Shown: positions 1 through 8,402, counted from the stretch's first letter. The stretch is DNA of 56,488 nt from an uncultured Candidatus Saccharibacteria bacterium (GCA_964607655.1 CAZSKX010000004.1:1-56488), one strand, 5' to 3'. Numbers and translations: made by a program. The notes: generated from the sequence alone by a model not told the origin.

Positions 1-1
1 C

Positions 2-73
2 GCTCTCGTCGTTCAATGGATAGGACATCTCCCTCCGAAGGAGAAAATGCAGGTTCGATTCCTGCCGAGAGCA
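2..73 (+). tRNA. tRNA-Arg (anticodon CCG), copy 1
   Basis: Cloverleaf read by hand. Acceptor GCTCTCG/CGAGAGC, D arm GTTC-AATGGATA-GGAC, anticodon arm TCTCC-CTCCGAA-GGAGA, T arm GCAGG-TTCGATT-CCTGC, discriminator A. No encoded CCA. Confidence 0.85.
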
Positions 74-77
74 CTTG

Positions 78-2003
78 CTAACCAATAGTTAGTTCCGTGC
101 CTGGGGTTACCTGGTCACGAAGGAGAGCGTCTGCCACCGCGTTTTCCACCACATTCTGCACCGTACGCCGCAGCGCCCGCGCACCGTTCTTTTGGTCGAA
201 GCCTTGTTCTGCGAGCTTCGTCACCAACGAATCCGTAATATCAACGCGAACTCCCCTCTCTTGCTGTAGACGAGCGTTTAGCTCATTGAGCAAAAGGCGT
301 GTAATAGAATGCGCATCGTCGCGCGAGAGCGGACGAAACACGACCACATCATCGAAACGGTTTAAAAATTCTGGACTGAAAACCTGCTCTCCGACCAGAT
401 AGGTTCGGAGTTCATCCTTAGTTATCGCCGGCTCGGTCTCGATGTGGGCAGTGCCAGCATTCGATGTTGCGATGATGATTGTGTTGATAAATGAAACGGC
501 ACGTCCCTGCTGGGTCGTAAGGCGCCCCTCGTCGAGCACCTGTAGAAGCACATTCCACACCTTACGATCAGCCTTTTCGAGTTCGTCAAAGAACAGGAGT
601 CCATAGGGATATTCTTCAATCGTGGTGGCTAAACGGTTCACAAAGAGGCTTTCGCTCTCTGCTAACGCGAACTCTGACATGTCGAAGCGCACCATCACGC
701 TATCTCCACCGAAGTAGTGGCGCGCGAGCATCTTAGCGGTATGCGTTTTCCCGCTACCGGTGGGTCCAAGAAAGAGGAAGGAGCCGATCGGTCTAGCCTT
801 GCTCCCCACCCCCGTGCGCGCCCGGCGAAGCGCGGAGGCGACGTCGGATACCGCTTCAGTCTGGCCAATAACTTCGGTACGCAATGTCTCCTCAAGGGTA
901 AGCAGAGTCTGTTTCTCATCTCTCTCGAGAGTCCCCAATGGCACCCCCGTCTTCTGCGACAAGAGACGGTCCACATCTACTTTGGTCACCGCTGTCGCGC
1001 CTACCACAAGCTCTTCAACAAGGTCCAAAGATTTTTCTGGCTGTGGTTTAGTCTGAATAAGCTCGTTGGTGCGACGAACCACCTCTTCGAACACTCCTTC
1101 GTCGAAGCGTATGCGCGGATACCGTTCCCGCGCTAAGTCAGCAAGAAACTCAAGTGTAGAGGCGTCCGAGAGTGGCGGAATCTCCACCTTTTCAAAAAAA
1201 CGCAGCACGTCCAAACGATCTTTCCAGAACCCGAGATACCCGTCGAAGGTCGTCTCGACGATAACCTGAAGCTCATTCGCTTGGAGTAGCGGAATAAGAT
1301 CATCTAAAATACCTTGATATTTCTCTGGCTCATAGAGCACAACAATCAGATTCCCTGCCTGCCGAGCTTCGGCAAACATTCGCTGGAGCGTCTCGGGGCT
1401 CGTCGTTCCGAGCGGTATCTCGAGCACTTCCCGATTTTTAAGCTTCGCGGGCACCAGTCCTCGATATACACTTTTGGCAAACTGGGCAACGAGCGTATGT
1501 TTCCCCATGCCTGGTCCGCCCACGAGTATCACATTGTCTTTTTCGTCCCGGGACAGGATGCGCACGATACGCTCGAGCGTTTCTTCGCGTCCGTAGAGTT
1601 TTTTATCAAGGCCTTTGTAGAGGGCGACGCCAAAACGATGGAGCGTCGGCGCACTGCCATACGCCCACGACTTCCCGATCGAACCGATCTTTACCAGCCG
1701 TTCATACGACAGGCGTATCGGGAGCAGAAGCAATATCGGAAGAAGTCCAATGGCGACAATAAGCAGAACTGTGCCAACAAGTATCACCACCACTCGTATG
1801 ATGAGCCCTAAGATGACTAAAATCCCTTGGAGTATGAGCCGCTCCCACCACTCAAACTCCTCTGCCCTGTCTCGCTGCCAGCCTGAAAAGAGTGTTCTAA
1901 GGAGAATGGGCAGGGAGAAAAAATAGACAATGAACTTCTCCAGATTCCACCACGACCGGAATCCGGCAGTGAAATAGTTTTTCATTATTAAAGTATACAT
2001 TGC
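78..2003 (-). CDS. Membrane-anchored Clp/Hsp100-like double AAA+ ATPase with an N-terminal TM region
   Basis: Hydrophobic N-terminus (LVILGLIIRVVVILVGTVLLIVAIGLLPILLLL). D1 Walker A is GGPGMGKHT. D2 Walker A is GPTGSGKT and D2 Walker B is LLFFDELEKA, followed by a ClpB/C-like sensor region (GARALRR). The track ORF start at 2093 runs through the tRNA, so I prefer the ATG at 2003 (GGAG 10 nt upstream) or 1988. Confidence 0.8.
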   Translation of the reverse strand, partial: AMYTLIMKNYFTAGFRSWWNLEKFIVYFFSLPILLRTLFSGWQRDRAEEFEWWERLILQGILVILGLIIRVVVILVGTVLLIVAIGLLPILLLLPIRLSYERLVKIGSIGKSWAYGSAPTLHRFGVALYKGLDKKLYGREETLERIVRILSRDEKDNVILVGGPGMGKHTLVAQFAKSVYRGLVPAKLKNREVLEIPLGTTSPETLQRMFAEARQAGNLIVVLYEPEKYQGILDDLIPLLQANELQVIVETTFDGYLGFWKDRLDVLRFFEKVEIPPLSDASTLEFLADLARERYPRIRFDEGVFEEVVRRTNELIQTKPQPEKSLDLVEELVVGATAVTKVDVDRLLSQKTGVPLGTLERDEKQTLLTLEETLRTEVIGQTEAVSDVASALRRARTGVGSKARPIGSFLFLGPTGSGKTHTAKMLARHYFGGDSVMVRFDMSEFALAESESLFVNRLATTIEEYPYGLLFFDELEKADRKVWNVLLQVLDEGRLTTQQGRAVSFINTIIIATSNAGTAHIETEPAITKDELRTYLVGEQVFSPEFLNRFDDVVVFRPLSRDDAHSITRLLLNELNARLQQERGVRVDITDSLVTKLAEQGFDQKNGARALRRTVQNVVENAVADALLRDQVTPGTELTIG

Positions 2004-2017
2004 GTAACATCTCCACT

Positions 2018-2092
2018 GCTCTCGTCGTCCAATGGATAGGACATCTCCCTCCGAAGGAGAAAAAGCGGATTCGATTCCTGCCGAGAGCACCA
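2018..2092 (+). tRNA. tRNA-Arg (anticodon CCG), copy 2, with encoded CCA and a weakened T stem
   Basis: Matches copy 1 at 68 of 72 positions. The anticodon arm is identical. The T stem GCGGA/CCTGC has one G.T pair and an A-C mismatch at the normally conserved 53-61 pair. The 3-prime end is ...GAGAGCACCA. Confidence 0.7.
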
Positions 2093-2096
2093 AACG

Positions 2097-2137
2097 GTTA
2101 AAAGTGCACGCCCGCCAAACAGCTGTTTGGCGGGCGT
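2097..2137 (-). terminator. Intrinsic terminator after the small Zn-ribbon operon
   Basis: Perfect 30-nt palindrome ACGCCCGCCAAACAG/CTGTTTGGCGGGCGT at 2108-2137. On the minus strand it is followed by GCACTTTTAA. Confidence 0.6.
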
Positions 2138-2141
2138 TGCG

Positions 2142-2450
2142 CTACTCGCGCATGCTTCGTGGAAGAACTTTTGAGAAACGTGCTGCCAGCACCTCTCTTT
2201 CTTTCGTATCCTTCTCTCGTTGGAACTCCTGCAGGATTTCGATAGCTGCAGTCGGTCTATCGGGCGGGTGGTAGAAGAGTCCTTGACAGTTGTCGCAGTG
2301 GAACGAAACGACTTCCCAACGAAAATGGTGCCGTGAGCCGGGCCCAATCGGAATGCCGTCAAGTGGTCCGGTCGGGACTGATTCTACCTCCGCGACAATT
2401 TTTCCTTCTTTGCAATGTGGGCATGCCACACCGGTTTCATGTTGAGCCAT
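2142..2450 (-). CDS. Hypothetical zinc-ribbon protein, 102 aa (CPHC...CDNC)
   Basis: ATG at 2450 is preceded by GGAGGAAGTG, a strong SD. Its start overlaps the stop of the upstream ORF by 1 nt (TGATG). Two CxxC pairs are present. Confidence 0.6.
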   Translation of the reverse strand: MAQHETGVACPHCKEGKIVAEVESVPTGPLDGIPIGPGSRHHFRWEVVSFHCDNCQGLFYHPPDRPTAAIEILQEFQREKDTKEREVLAARFSKVLPRSMRE

Positions 2451-2719
2451 CACTTCCTCCTCGCGCACCCGCGTTGGGTGCACTGCTGTCCTCGAATGTA
2501 CCGCTTGCAGTTGCGCAACAAGACCTCTTCAGGCAAGGTCATTTGCCCCGCGCCCCCACCTCCTTCAGGAAGGGCTCTGTCGTAGAGCTGCTCGTCGCAG
2601 TGCCAACAACGAGCATTGTCTCGTTTCCTCTTGTGCGTACGAATGAGCGCACGAAGCCGCATGAGTTCTCTGCCCCGCGCTCGGTGGCTCATCGCTCTAA
2701 CATCCTTGTCGAGTTTCAC
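2450..2719 (-). CDS. Hypothetical basic Cys-containing protein, 89 aa
   Basis: GTG start is preceded by GGGAGG with a 6-nt spacer. The protein is Arg/Lys-rich and carries CWHC plus three further Cys. It is translationally coupled to the downstream Zn-ribbon ORF. Confidence 0.55.
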   Translation of the reverse strand: MKLDKDVRAMSHRARGRELMRLRALIRTHKRKRDNARCWHCDEQLYDRALPEGGGGAGQMTLPEEVLLRNCKRYIRGQQCTQRGCARRK

Positions 2720-2746
2720 TGGCGACCTCCCAGAACGTCCGCATGC

Positions 2747-2774
2747 ATCATAGCGTTTGTATAGAAAGGTACAA
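2747..2774 (-). promoter_or_regulatory. Candidate sigma70-type promoter for the small Zn-ribbon operon
   Basis: On the minus strand, TTGTAC (2774-2769), a 16-nt spacer, then TATGAT (2752-2747). It overlaps an inverted repeat TTGTA-N8-TACAA (2757-2774). Confidence 0.4.
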
Positions 2775-2790
2775 CCACCCCTTGCCCCAG

Positions 2791-3555
2791 CTATTTTGCC
2801 GGCTTAGAGCCCGCCCACAATCCTTCAAACCAAGCCTGCATGGTGTCGGCGTGTTCCTGCGAAGTGATCACCACACAGTAACTTTGCTTCTTCGAAGACA
2901 CGTACACGGTCTTGTCGTCATAAACGAAGATCGTTGTGTGGAATTTGCCGTGCATTACCTTGGGCAGGATTCGCACCTCAGACACACCCTCGTAATACTG
3001 TGCCATAAGATCTTTGTTCACCGGCGCTTCCCATAAGTTGCGCGTGGTGATACCCCGACGAAGGCGTTCCTCGATAAAAAGTTCGACAAACTCTCGGCCA
3101 ACCTGCCAGAAAAAGTTTTCTTTAGGCACCACCGAGTTGATGTGTCTGGTCTTTGAATACATCATCTCCATAATGGTGTTCTTTACCGCGTCTGCCCCTT
3201 CGAAGAAGGCTACGGTAGGTCGATCCCCTTGTGGTGCGTGAGTAGCAGCAAGAATTGGAACGAGTGCCTCGATCTGTTCTTGGCGTTTTGTGCTCTCAAG
3301 TGCCTGTTCTTTGGCAATGATCGAGAGCTTCTCGATGGGCTCGAGCGTAAACGCTTTATCCCCAGCCTGACCTGTTCGACTCAGTAGCCCTCTTTTTTCA
3401 AGGCACCCCAGTGCGTAATACACGGTAGGACGCTTTAAACGTGTCACCTTCACAAGATCTCGAGCTCTGTGAACACCTGAGACCATCGCCAGGTAGACCG
3501 TAACTTCCGATTCGCTAAGACCCAGTTCGAGCAAATGTTTTCGTGGTTCCTGCAT
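2791..3555 (-). CDS. TrmB-family winged-helix transcriptional regulator (paralog 1)
   Basis: N-terminal LLELGLSESEVTVYLAMV...ARDLVKVTRLKRPTVYYALGCLEKRGLL is the typical TrmB HTH. About 250 aa with a C-terminal domain, like the other three paralogs. Confidence 0.8.
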   Translation of the reverse strand: MQEPRKHLLELGLSESEVTVYLAMVSGVHRARDLVKVTRLKRPTVYYALGCLEKRGLLSRTGQAGDKAFTLEPIEKLSIIAKEQALESTKRQEQIEALVPILAATHAPQGDRPTVAFFEGADAVKNTIMEMMYSKTRHINSVVPKENFFWQVGREFVELFIEERLRRGITTRNLWEAPVNKDLMAQYYEGVSEVRILPKVMHGKFHTTIFVYDDKTVYVSSKKQSYCVVITSQEHADTMQAWFEGLWAGSKPAK

Positions 3556-3558
3556 GGT

Positions 3559-3578
3559 TGTATAACGGTTATTATACA
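3559..3578. promoter_or_regulatory. Inverted repeat TGTATAA-N6-TTATACA, candidate operator
   Basis: Perfect 7-bp arms, 4 nt upstream of the TrmB-1 ATG, in the divergent region shared with coaE. Confidence 0.35.
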
Positions 3579-3648
3579 GTATTGACGGTTTGGTTGTCTA
3601 GAGAGAACATGACCCCAGGTCCTGATAGTTCATTGAAAGGAGGAATGT

Positions 3649-4254
3649 ATGGGCATCTTTGGACTCACTGGCAACATCGGCTGCGGTAAGAGCACGGTCG
3701 CTTCCCTGCTCAGCACCTGTCCAAACGTCTACATCCACAACACCGACGAGATCGCCAAATCGATCCTCGCGGATCCAAAAAGTCTAGAGATTGTGAGAAG
3801 TATCCTTGGTTCTAAGGTCATTCACGATGGCATCGTCGACCGTAGCGCCGTAGCGAGGGTGATTTTCGGCAACAGCGTCAAGAAACGCTCGTTCGAAGCG
3901 TGGATGCATCCCCGTGTGTGGGAAACCGTCTACACTCAGATGAGTCCTAGCAGCTACGACGACATCCACGTTGTCGAATCAGCCATTATCTACGAAATGG
4001 GCGATGTCGATCGTTTTTCTGAGATCATTGTCGTGACCTGCGATGAAGAGGTGCAGAAGGAACGTCTGAGAAGAAATCGCAAGATGTCTGATGAAGACAT
4101 CGAGCTCCGGATGGACCATCAGCTGCCCGCCGCCGTGAAAGCGGCACGAGCAAACTTCGTCATCGACACCAACTGTGATCAGGGGACGCTTCTTAAGAAC
4201 GTCCTCAAATTGTATCGCTGGCTGATTCTGGCAAACCTGGAGGCAAGTAAGTAG
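3649..4254 (+). CDS. coaE: Dephospho-CoA kinase
   Basis: N-terminal GLTGNIGCGKST P-loop, about 200 aa. SD GAAAGGAGG lies upstream. Confidence 0.85.
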   Translation: MGIFGLTGNIGCGKSTVASLLSTCPNVYIHNTDEIAKSILADPKSLEIVRSILGSKVIHDGIVDRSAVARVIFGNSVKKRSFEAWMHPRVWETVYTQMSPSSYDDIHVVESAIIYEMGDVDRFSEIIVVTCDEEVQKERLRRNRKMSDEDIELRMDHQLPAAVKAARANFVIDTNCDQGTLLKNVLKLYRWLILANLEASK

Positions 4255-4255
4255 C

Positions 4256-5386
4256 ATGAAAGCAATCTACGCAGCGAGCCTTGACCCGATTACTAACGGA
4301 CACATCAACGTCGTCGAGCGAACGGCGCCACTCTTCGAGAGCTTGGTCGTGGTGGTTGCGGTTGATAGCCGCAAGCACTACACATTCGGAGCAGAGGAGC
4401 GAGTCGCCATGGCGCGGGAGTCAGTAGCGCATCTCCCAAATGTCTCGGTCGAGATGTGTGTCGGCACCTACGTGGTGAAGTACGCACGCTCGATCGGTGC
4501 CTCAGTGATCGTGCGCGGTCTACGGACCGTTAAGGATCTCGAGGATGAGCTCGTTCTGGCCGAGGAAAATCGTAAGATCTGCAGTGACGTCGAGACCATC
4601 TGGGTCCCTTGCCTACCTCACCTCGCGCACGTCAGTTCGAGCATGGTGAAGGGGCACGTGGGTGCTGACGCCGGCTGGGCAGAACAGGTGGCACGCTCGG
4701 TTCCTGGGCATGTTGCGAGTAAACTGAAGGAGAAATACATGGTCAACAAGGCGCGTAAACACTGGGACCGGCTCATGAGCCACTTCGGGGATCCGAAGGG
4801 GTCGGATGAAATCTTCGTTGACCTGGTCGCTCGTTACGGAGAAGAGCACCGTGGCTACCACGTGCTCGAGCACATCGTGAACATGCTCGACGAGTTCGTG
4901 CTCGTGCGCGACGAGGCCGAGGATCCGGATGCGATCGAGTGGGCCATCTGGCACCACGATGTGATCTACGACCCTCGGTCGAAGAGTAATGAGGCCGACA
5001 GCGTCGTACTCATGCGGAGCAACTCCAGGAAGCTCGGGCTGAGCGCAGTCATTGAAGGACGTGCCGAGAGGCATGTTCTCGCCACGATGCACGTGGACGC
5101 TCCCGAGGACCCCGACACGAAGATCTTGATCGATCTCGATCTGATGATCCTCGGCCGGCCAACCGATGAGTTCAACGCGTACGAAGATGGAATCTTCAAG
5201 GAATACAACTTCGTACCGTGGGAAACGTTCAGAGCCGGCCGTGCAAAGATCCTCCATTCATTCCTCGCTCGTCGTGAGATCTACTCGACCGAGTTCTTCC
5301 GCAGCCGATATGAAAGGTCGGCGCGTGAGAACCTGGAGCGAGCCCTCGCGCGACACGAGGCAGAGCCGTACCGCTTCACTGCGTGA
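4256..5386 (+). CDS. coaD: Phosphopantetheine adenylyltransferase fused to a C-terminal HD-like phosphohydrolase domain
   Basis: Residues 1 to about 150 read AIYAASLDPITNGHINVVERT...ISSSMVKG, which is CoaD-like (T/HxGH nucleotidyltransferase motif, SSxxxR/K-like tail). Residues about 165-376 contain YGEEHRGYHVLEHI...WHHDVIYD, typical of an uncharacterised HD-superfamily hydrolase family. Confidence 0.8.
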   Translation: MKAIYAASLDPITNGHINVVERTAPLFESLVVVVAVDSRKHYTFGAEERVAMARESVAHLPNVSVEMCVGTYVVKYARSIGASVIVRGLRTVKDLEDELVLAEENRKICSDVETIWVPCLPHLAHVSSSMVKGHVGADAGWAEQVARSVPGHVASKLKEKYMVNKARKHWDRLMSHFGDPKGSDEIFVDLVARYGEEHRGYHVLEHIVNMLDEFVLVRDEAEDPDAIEWAIWHHDVIYDPRSKSNEADSVVLMRSNSRKLGLSAVIEGRAERHVLATMHVDAPEDPDTKILIDLDLMILGRPTDEFNAYEDGIFKEYNFVPWETFRAGRAKILHSFLARREIYSTEFFRSRYERSARENLERALARHEAEPYRFTA

Positions 5387-5401
5387 GGTGGACAACAAAC
5401 T

Positions 5402-5441
5402 GGGCCCTGCGATGCATTATGCATCGCGGGGCCCTTTCTTT
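5402..5441. terminator. Bidirectional hairpin terminator between convergent genes
   Basis: GGGCCCTGCGATGCA-TTA-TGCATCGCGGGGCCC followed by TTTCTTT. Confidence 0.6.
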
Positions 5442-6132
5442 ATCCTTTCTTGACCGCTTCGGCGAAGAGACGAACTCGCTCTCTCGAGAGCTCGGTGAAC
5501 GAGTCGCTCACGCCGGTCGCCACCAAGAAGGCGTTGGCGTACGGCAGATACTCGTGCACATTCTCGGGGGTGATCCCGCTCGCGATGGCGAGCGCATGAT
5601 CCCCAATCGCCGCCCTCATCCTCCTGATCTTCTCGACATCCGGCGCACTCCCTGTGCTCACGCCGCTCGTGGTGATCACGTCCACATGCGGAACTGCGAG
5701 CGCTGCTTCTTCCGCCGCATCCATGAGCACCCTTTGGTGTTTGAATGCTACGCCACCGAAGTAGAGACCTTCCCAGCCGATCCTCTCACGCGATCGGGTG
5801 AAGTCCCCAGGGCTATAGCCCGGCATCCATTCTTCCCCGGCTCCCGCGTTGTCGGTCCACAGCCCAACGACTTCGTGCGGGATCACGCCGAGGGCTCTTC
5901 GACCGAGGTCGAGACAGTTCAGTCCGATCCAGAATCCGGGACGGGCTTGACGCACGGAGTCGTAGCAAAGGACGAGTCTTTGGTGCGAGATTGAGTGGTT
6001 GATGAGAAATACCCCATCAGCCCCCTCTTCGGCTGCGATGCGCGCGTTCTTACACGCCTGCATTTCGTCTTCGACGTGGATGACCGGCAGAAACACATGT
6101 TTCTTAGAAAAGACCTTTTGTATTGCGTTCAC
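5440..6132 (-). CDS. BtpA/SgcQ-like TIM-barrel protein (function unknown)
   Basis: PVIHV..., GADGVFLINH and a C-terminal IASGITPENV...FLVATGV pattern resemble the BtpA family. I prefer the GTG start at 6132 because AAGGAG lies 7 nt upstream. The track start is 6192. Confidence 0.5.
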   Translation of the reverse strand: MNAIQKVFSKKHVFLPVIHVEDEMQACKNARIAAEEGADGVFLINHSISHQRLVLCYDSVRQARPGFWIGLNCLDLGRRALGVIPHEVVGLWTDNAGAGEEWMPGYSPGDFTRSRERIGWEGLYFGGVAFKHQRVLMDAAEEAALAVPHVDVITTSGVSTGSAPDVEKIRRMRAAIGDHALAIASGITPENVHEYLPYANAFLVATGVSDSFTELSRERVRLFAEAVKKG

Positions 6133-6182
6133 TTCGATACTCCTTGAGTGATGTTCCCCTGGCACTATGGGGAACCGAGCAT

Positions 6183-6212
6183 AAAAAGTCAAAGCCGGGC
6201 TTTTGCCCGGCT
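6183..6212 (-). terminator. Intrinsic terminator downstream of rpsT
   Basis: AGCCGGGC-AAAA-GCCCGGCT followed on the minus strand by TTGACTTTTT. Confidence 0.65.
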
Positions 6213-6237
6213 GACTTCTCTCTATCTCTAGGAAGGC

Positions 6238-6501
6238 TTATTGTGCCTTCTTGATAGCGGCGGCGAGGCGAGACTTCTTGCGAGCCGCCGTATTGGCCTT
6301 GATAACTCCGCGCTTAAGCGCCTTGTCGATCGCCTTAAATGCTTCTGGAAGAGAGGCCTCGGCCTTCTTGGCGTCCTTGCCCGCGATAGCCTGGCGGACA
6401 GCCTTCGTTGTCTTATAGAGGGTAGCCTTCCGGCGCGCGTTAAACACGCGCTTCTTCTCCGACGAGCGGATAGCCTTTTTTGCTGAACTGGTGATTGCCA
6501 T
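6238..6501 (-). CDS. rpsT: 30S ribosomal protein S20
   Basis: MAITSSAKKAIRSSEKKRVFNARRK... is canonical S20 (87 aa). The 152-aa track ORF is a 5-prime over-extension. Confidence 0.9.
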   Translation of the reverse strand: MAITSSAKKAIRSSEKKRVFNARRKATLYKTTKAVRQAIAGKDAKKAEASLPEAFKAIDKALKRGVIKANTAARKKSRLAAAIKKAQ

Positions 6502-6555
6502 GTCCTCTATATATACGCTATCTCGGCAAAAGTCGCAATGGTGTATCCTGAAGGT

Positions 6556-7098
6556 ATGATTCGCCAGATCCGCGGCAAGGTCCTCGCCACCACCCTGACG
6601 AGCGCCACTATCGAGGTGGCCGGGTTTGGTATCGAAGTCCGCCTCTCCTCCCCCAACACTCTCCCTGTCGGGAAAGAAGCCGTGCTCGCGACGCACCTAG
6701 CCGTCAAACAGGACGGTATGGAGCTCTATGGATTTGAATCTCATGAGGATCGAGACTTTTTTGAACTCATTCTCTCGGTTTCTGGCGTCGGCCCTAAGAC
6801 GGCACTCAGCGTCTTGCGGCGCGCACCGCGCGAGGCACTTATTGGAGCGATCGGTGCTCGCGATCTAAACTACCTCACGAAGATCGTCGGTCTTGGGAAG
6901 AAGAGTGCCGAGAAAATGCTCGTCGAGCTTGCTGACAAGGTGACGGCGAGCACACACAGCGATCAAGACGGTGAGGTGTTCGACACGCTTGTCGCCCTCG
7001 GCTACACCGAACGCGAAGCGCGCAAGGCGGTACAAAGCATTCCTGATCACGTTACCGGCAAGGAGGCTCGCCTGAAGGCCTCGCTTGGGGCAAAATAG
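6556..7098 (+). CDS. ruvA: Holliday junction DNA helicase subunit RuvA
   Basis: MIRQIRGKV...IEVAGFGIEV, HhH region VSGVGPKTAL and a C-terminal domain III (LGYTEREARKAV). The start could also be 6538. Confidence 0.88.
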   Translation: MIRQIRGKVLATTLTSATIEVAGFGIEVRLSSPNTLPVGKEAVLATHLAVKQDGMELYGFESHEDRDFFELILSVSGVGPKTALSVLRRAPREALIGAIGARDLNYLTKIVGLGKKSAEKMLVELADKVTASTHSDQDGEVFDTLVALGYTEREARKAVQSIPDHVTGKEARLKASLGAK

Positions 7099-7103
7099 TT
7101 TTT

Positions 7104-8387
7104 ATGTACGAACTGGTAAATCGCCTCGTGGCCTCACTTAAAAGAATAGTGCCGGCGCCGATCGTCATCGCACTACGAACCCCATATCACGCCTTGCTCA
7201 CTATCGCGATGGCAGCACACTACGGCTTCCCTGCACGCAAGCTTACGGTGATCGGTGTCACGGGGACGAAGGGTAAGTCGACAGTGGCAGAAATGTTGTT
7301 CGCTTCTTTCCGAGCCGCAGGACACAAAACAGCACTCATCTCGACGATTCGATTTGCGATCAATGACGAGTCCGAGCCCAACCGCTACAAAATGACCCTC
7401 CAGGGTCGTGGTTTTGCCCAGGCGTTTATGCAGCGGGCACTTGCCCAAGGCTGTACTCACCTCATCATCGAGGTGACCAGCGAGAGCACCCTCCAGTTCC
7501 GCCATTGGTTTCTCTCTCTCGATGGTCTCGTGGTGACCAACATCGAGAAAGAACACATAGAAAGCCACGGATCATTCGAAAAGTACGTCGCGGCGAAACG
7601 CGCGATTGTCCGAACACTTGCCCGCTCCGGGAAGCGCCGACACGTGCTCGTAAGCAACGAGAATGTTCCAGAGACGCGCGCTTTTTTGGATGAACGGGGC
7701 ATTAGCCCGATCGGGTTCAGCGAACATGAGCTAAAGGATTTGACGATGACTGAGCGGAGTCTGCGGTTCGACCATGACGGAAATACTTTTAGTCTCCCTC
7801 TCCCGGGCGTGTTTAACGCAATGAATGCGCTCGCCACGATCAAAATGAGTGAAGCGTTCGGAGTGTCGCGAGATGCGCTCGTCCGAGCACTTGGTGGACT
7901 GCCGCCAGTGCGCGGTCGAGTTGAACACATCGACGCTGGTCAGAACTTCTTAGCAATCGTTGACTACGCACACACGCCCGATTCTCTTAAGGCCTTGTAC
8001 GGCGCCTTTGAAGGCAGGCGAAAAATCTGCGTACTTGGAAATACGGGTGGCGGGCGTGACACGTGGAAGCGTCCTGTTATGGGCCAGATTGCTTCAGGGA
8101 GCTGCGACGAGGTGGTCCTCACAAATGAAGATCCGTATGACGAGGATCCTGAAGCAATCATCGCTGAAATGGCCGAGGGCATGGAGCGTGCGCCCACAAT
8201 TATCCTTGATCGACGTGAGGCGATCCGTCACGCGCTGACACGAGCAAAGAGCGGTGACGCCGTTCTCATTTCAGGCAAAGGCACCGACCCATTCATCATG
8301 GGACCTAAGGGTACGAAAATTCCGTGGAGCGAAGCTGAGGTGGTGCGCGATGAACTCACACGACTGTTAGCTGGAGACGCGCTCTAG
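7104..8387 (+). CDS. murE: Mur ligase family protein, MurE-like
   Basis: VIGVTGTKGKSTV P-loop, a central Mur ligase domain and C-terminal GNTGGGRD...TNEDPYDEDP. Amino-acid specificity cannot be called from the sequence. Confidence 0.7.
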   Translation: MYELVNRLVASLKRIVPAPIVIALRTPYHALLTIAMAAHYGFPARKLTVIGVTGTKGKSTVAEMLFASFRAAGHKTALISTIRFAINDESEPNRYKMTLQGRGFAQAFMQRALAQGCTHLIIEVTSESTLQFRHWFLSLDGLVVTNIEKEHIESHGSFEKYVAAKRAIVRTLARSGKRRHVLVSNENVPETRAFLDERGISPIGFSEHELKDLTMTERSLRFDHDGNTFSLPLPGVFNAMNALATIKMSEAFGVSRDALVRALGGLPPVRGRVEHIDAGQNFLAIVDYAHTPDSLKALYGAFEGRRKICVLGNTGGGRDTWKRPVMGQIASGSCDEVVLTNEDPYDEDPEAIIAEMAEGMERAPTIILDRREAIRHALTRAKSGDAVLISGKGTDPFIMGPKGTKIPWSEAEVVRDELTRLLAGDAL

Positions 8388-8402
8388 CGGTACTATAGAG
8401 TC

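Noticed and set aside
4613-5994. ORFs 4613-5257 (minus strand) and 5383-5994 (plus strand)
   Set aside because: They are antisense to the coaD-HD fusion and to the BtpA-like gene respectively. They lack start signals and cross the bidirectional terminator at 5402-5441.
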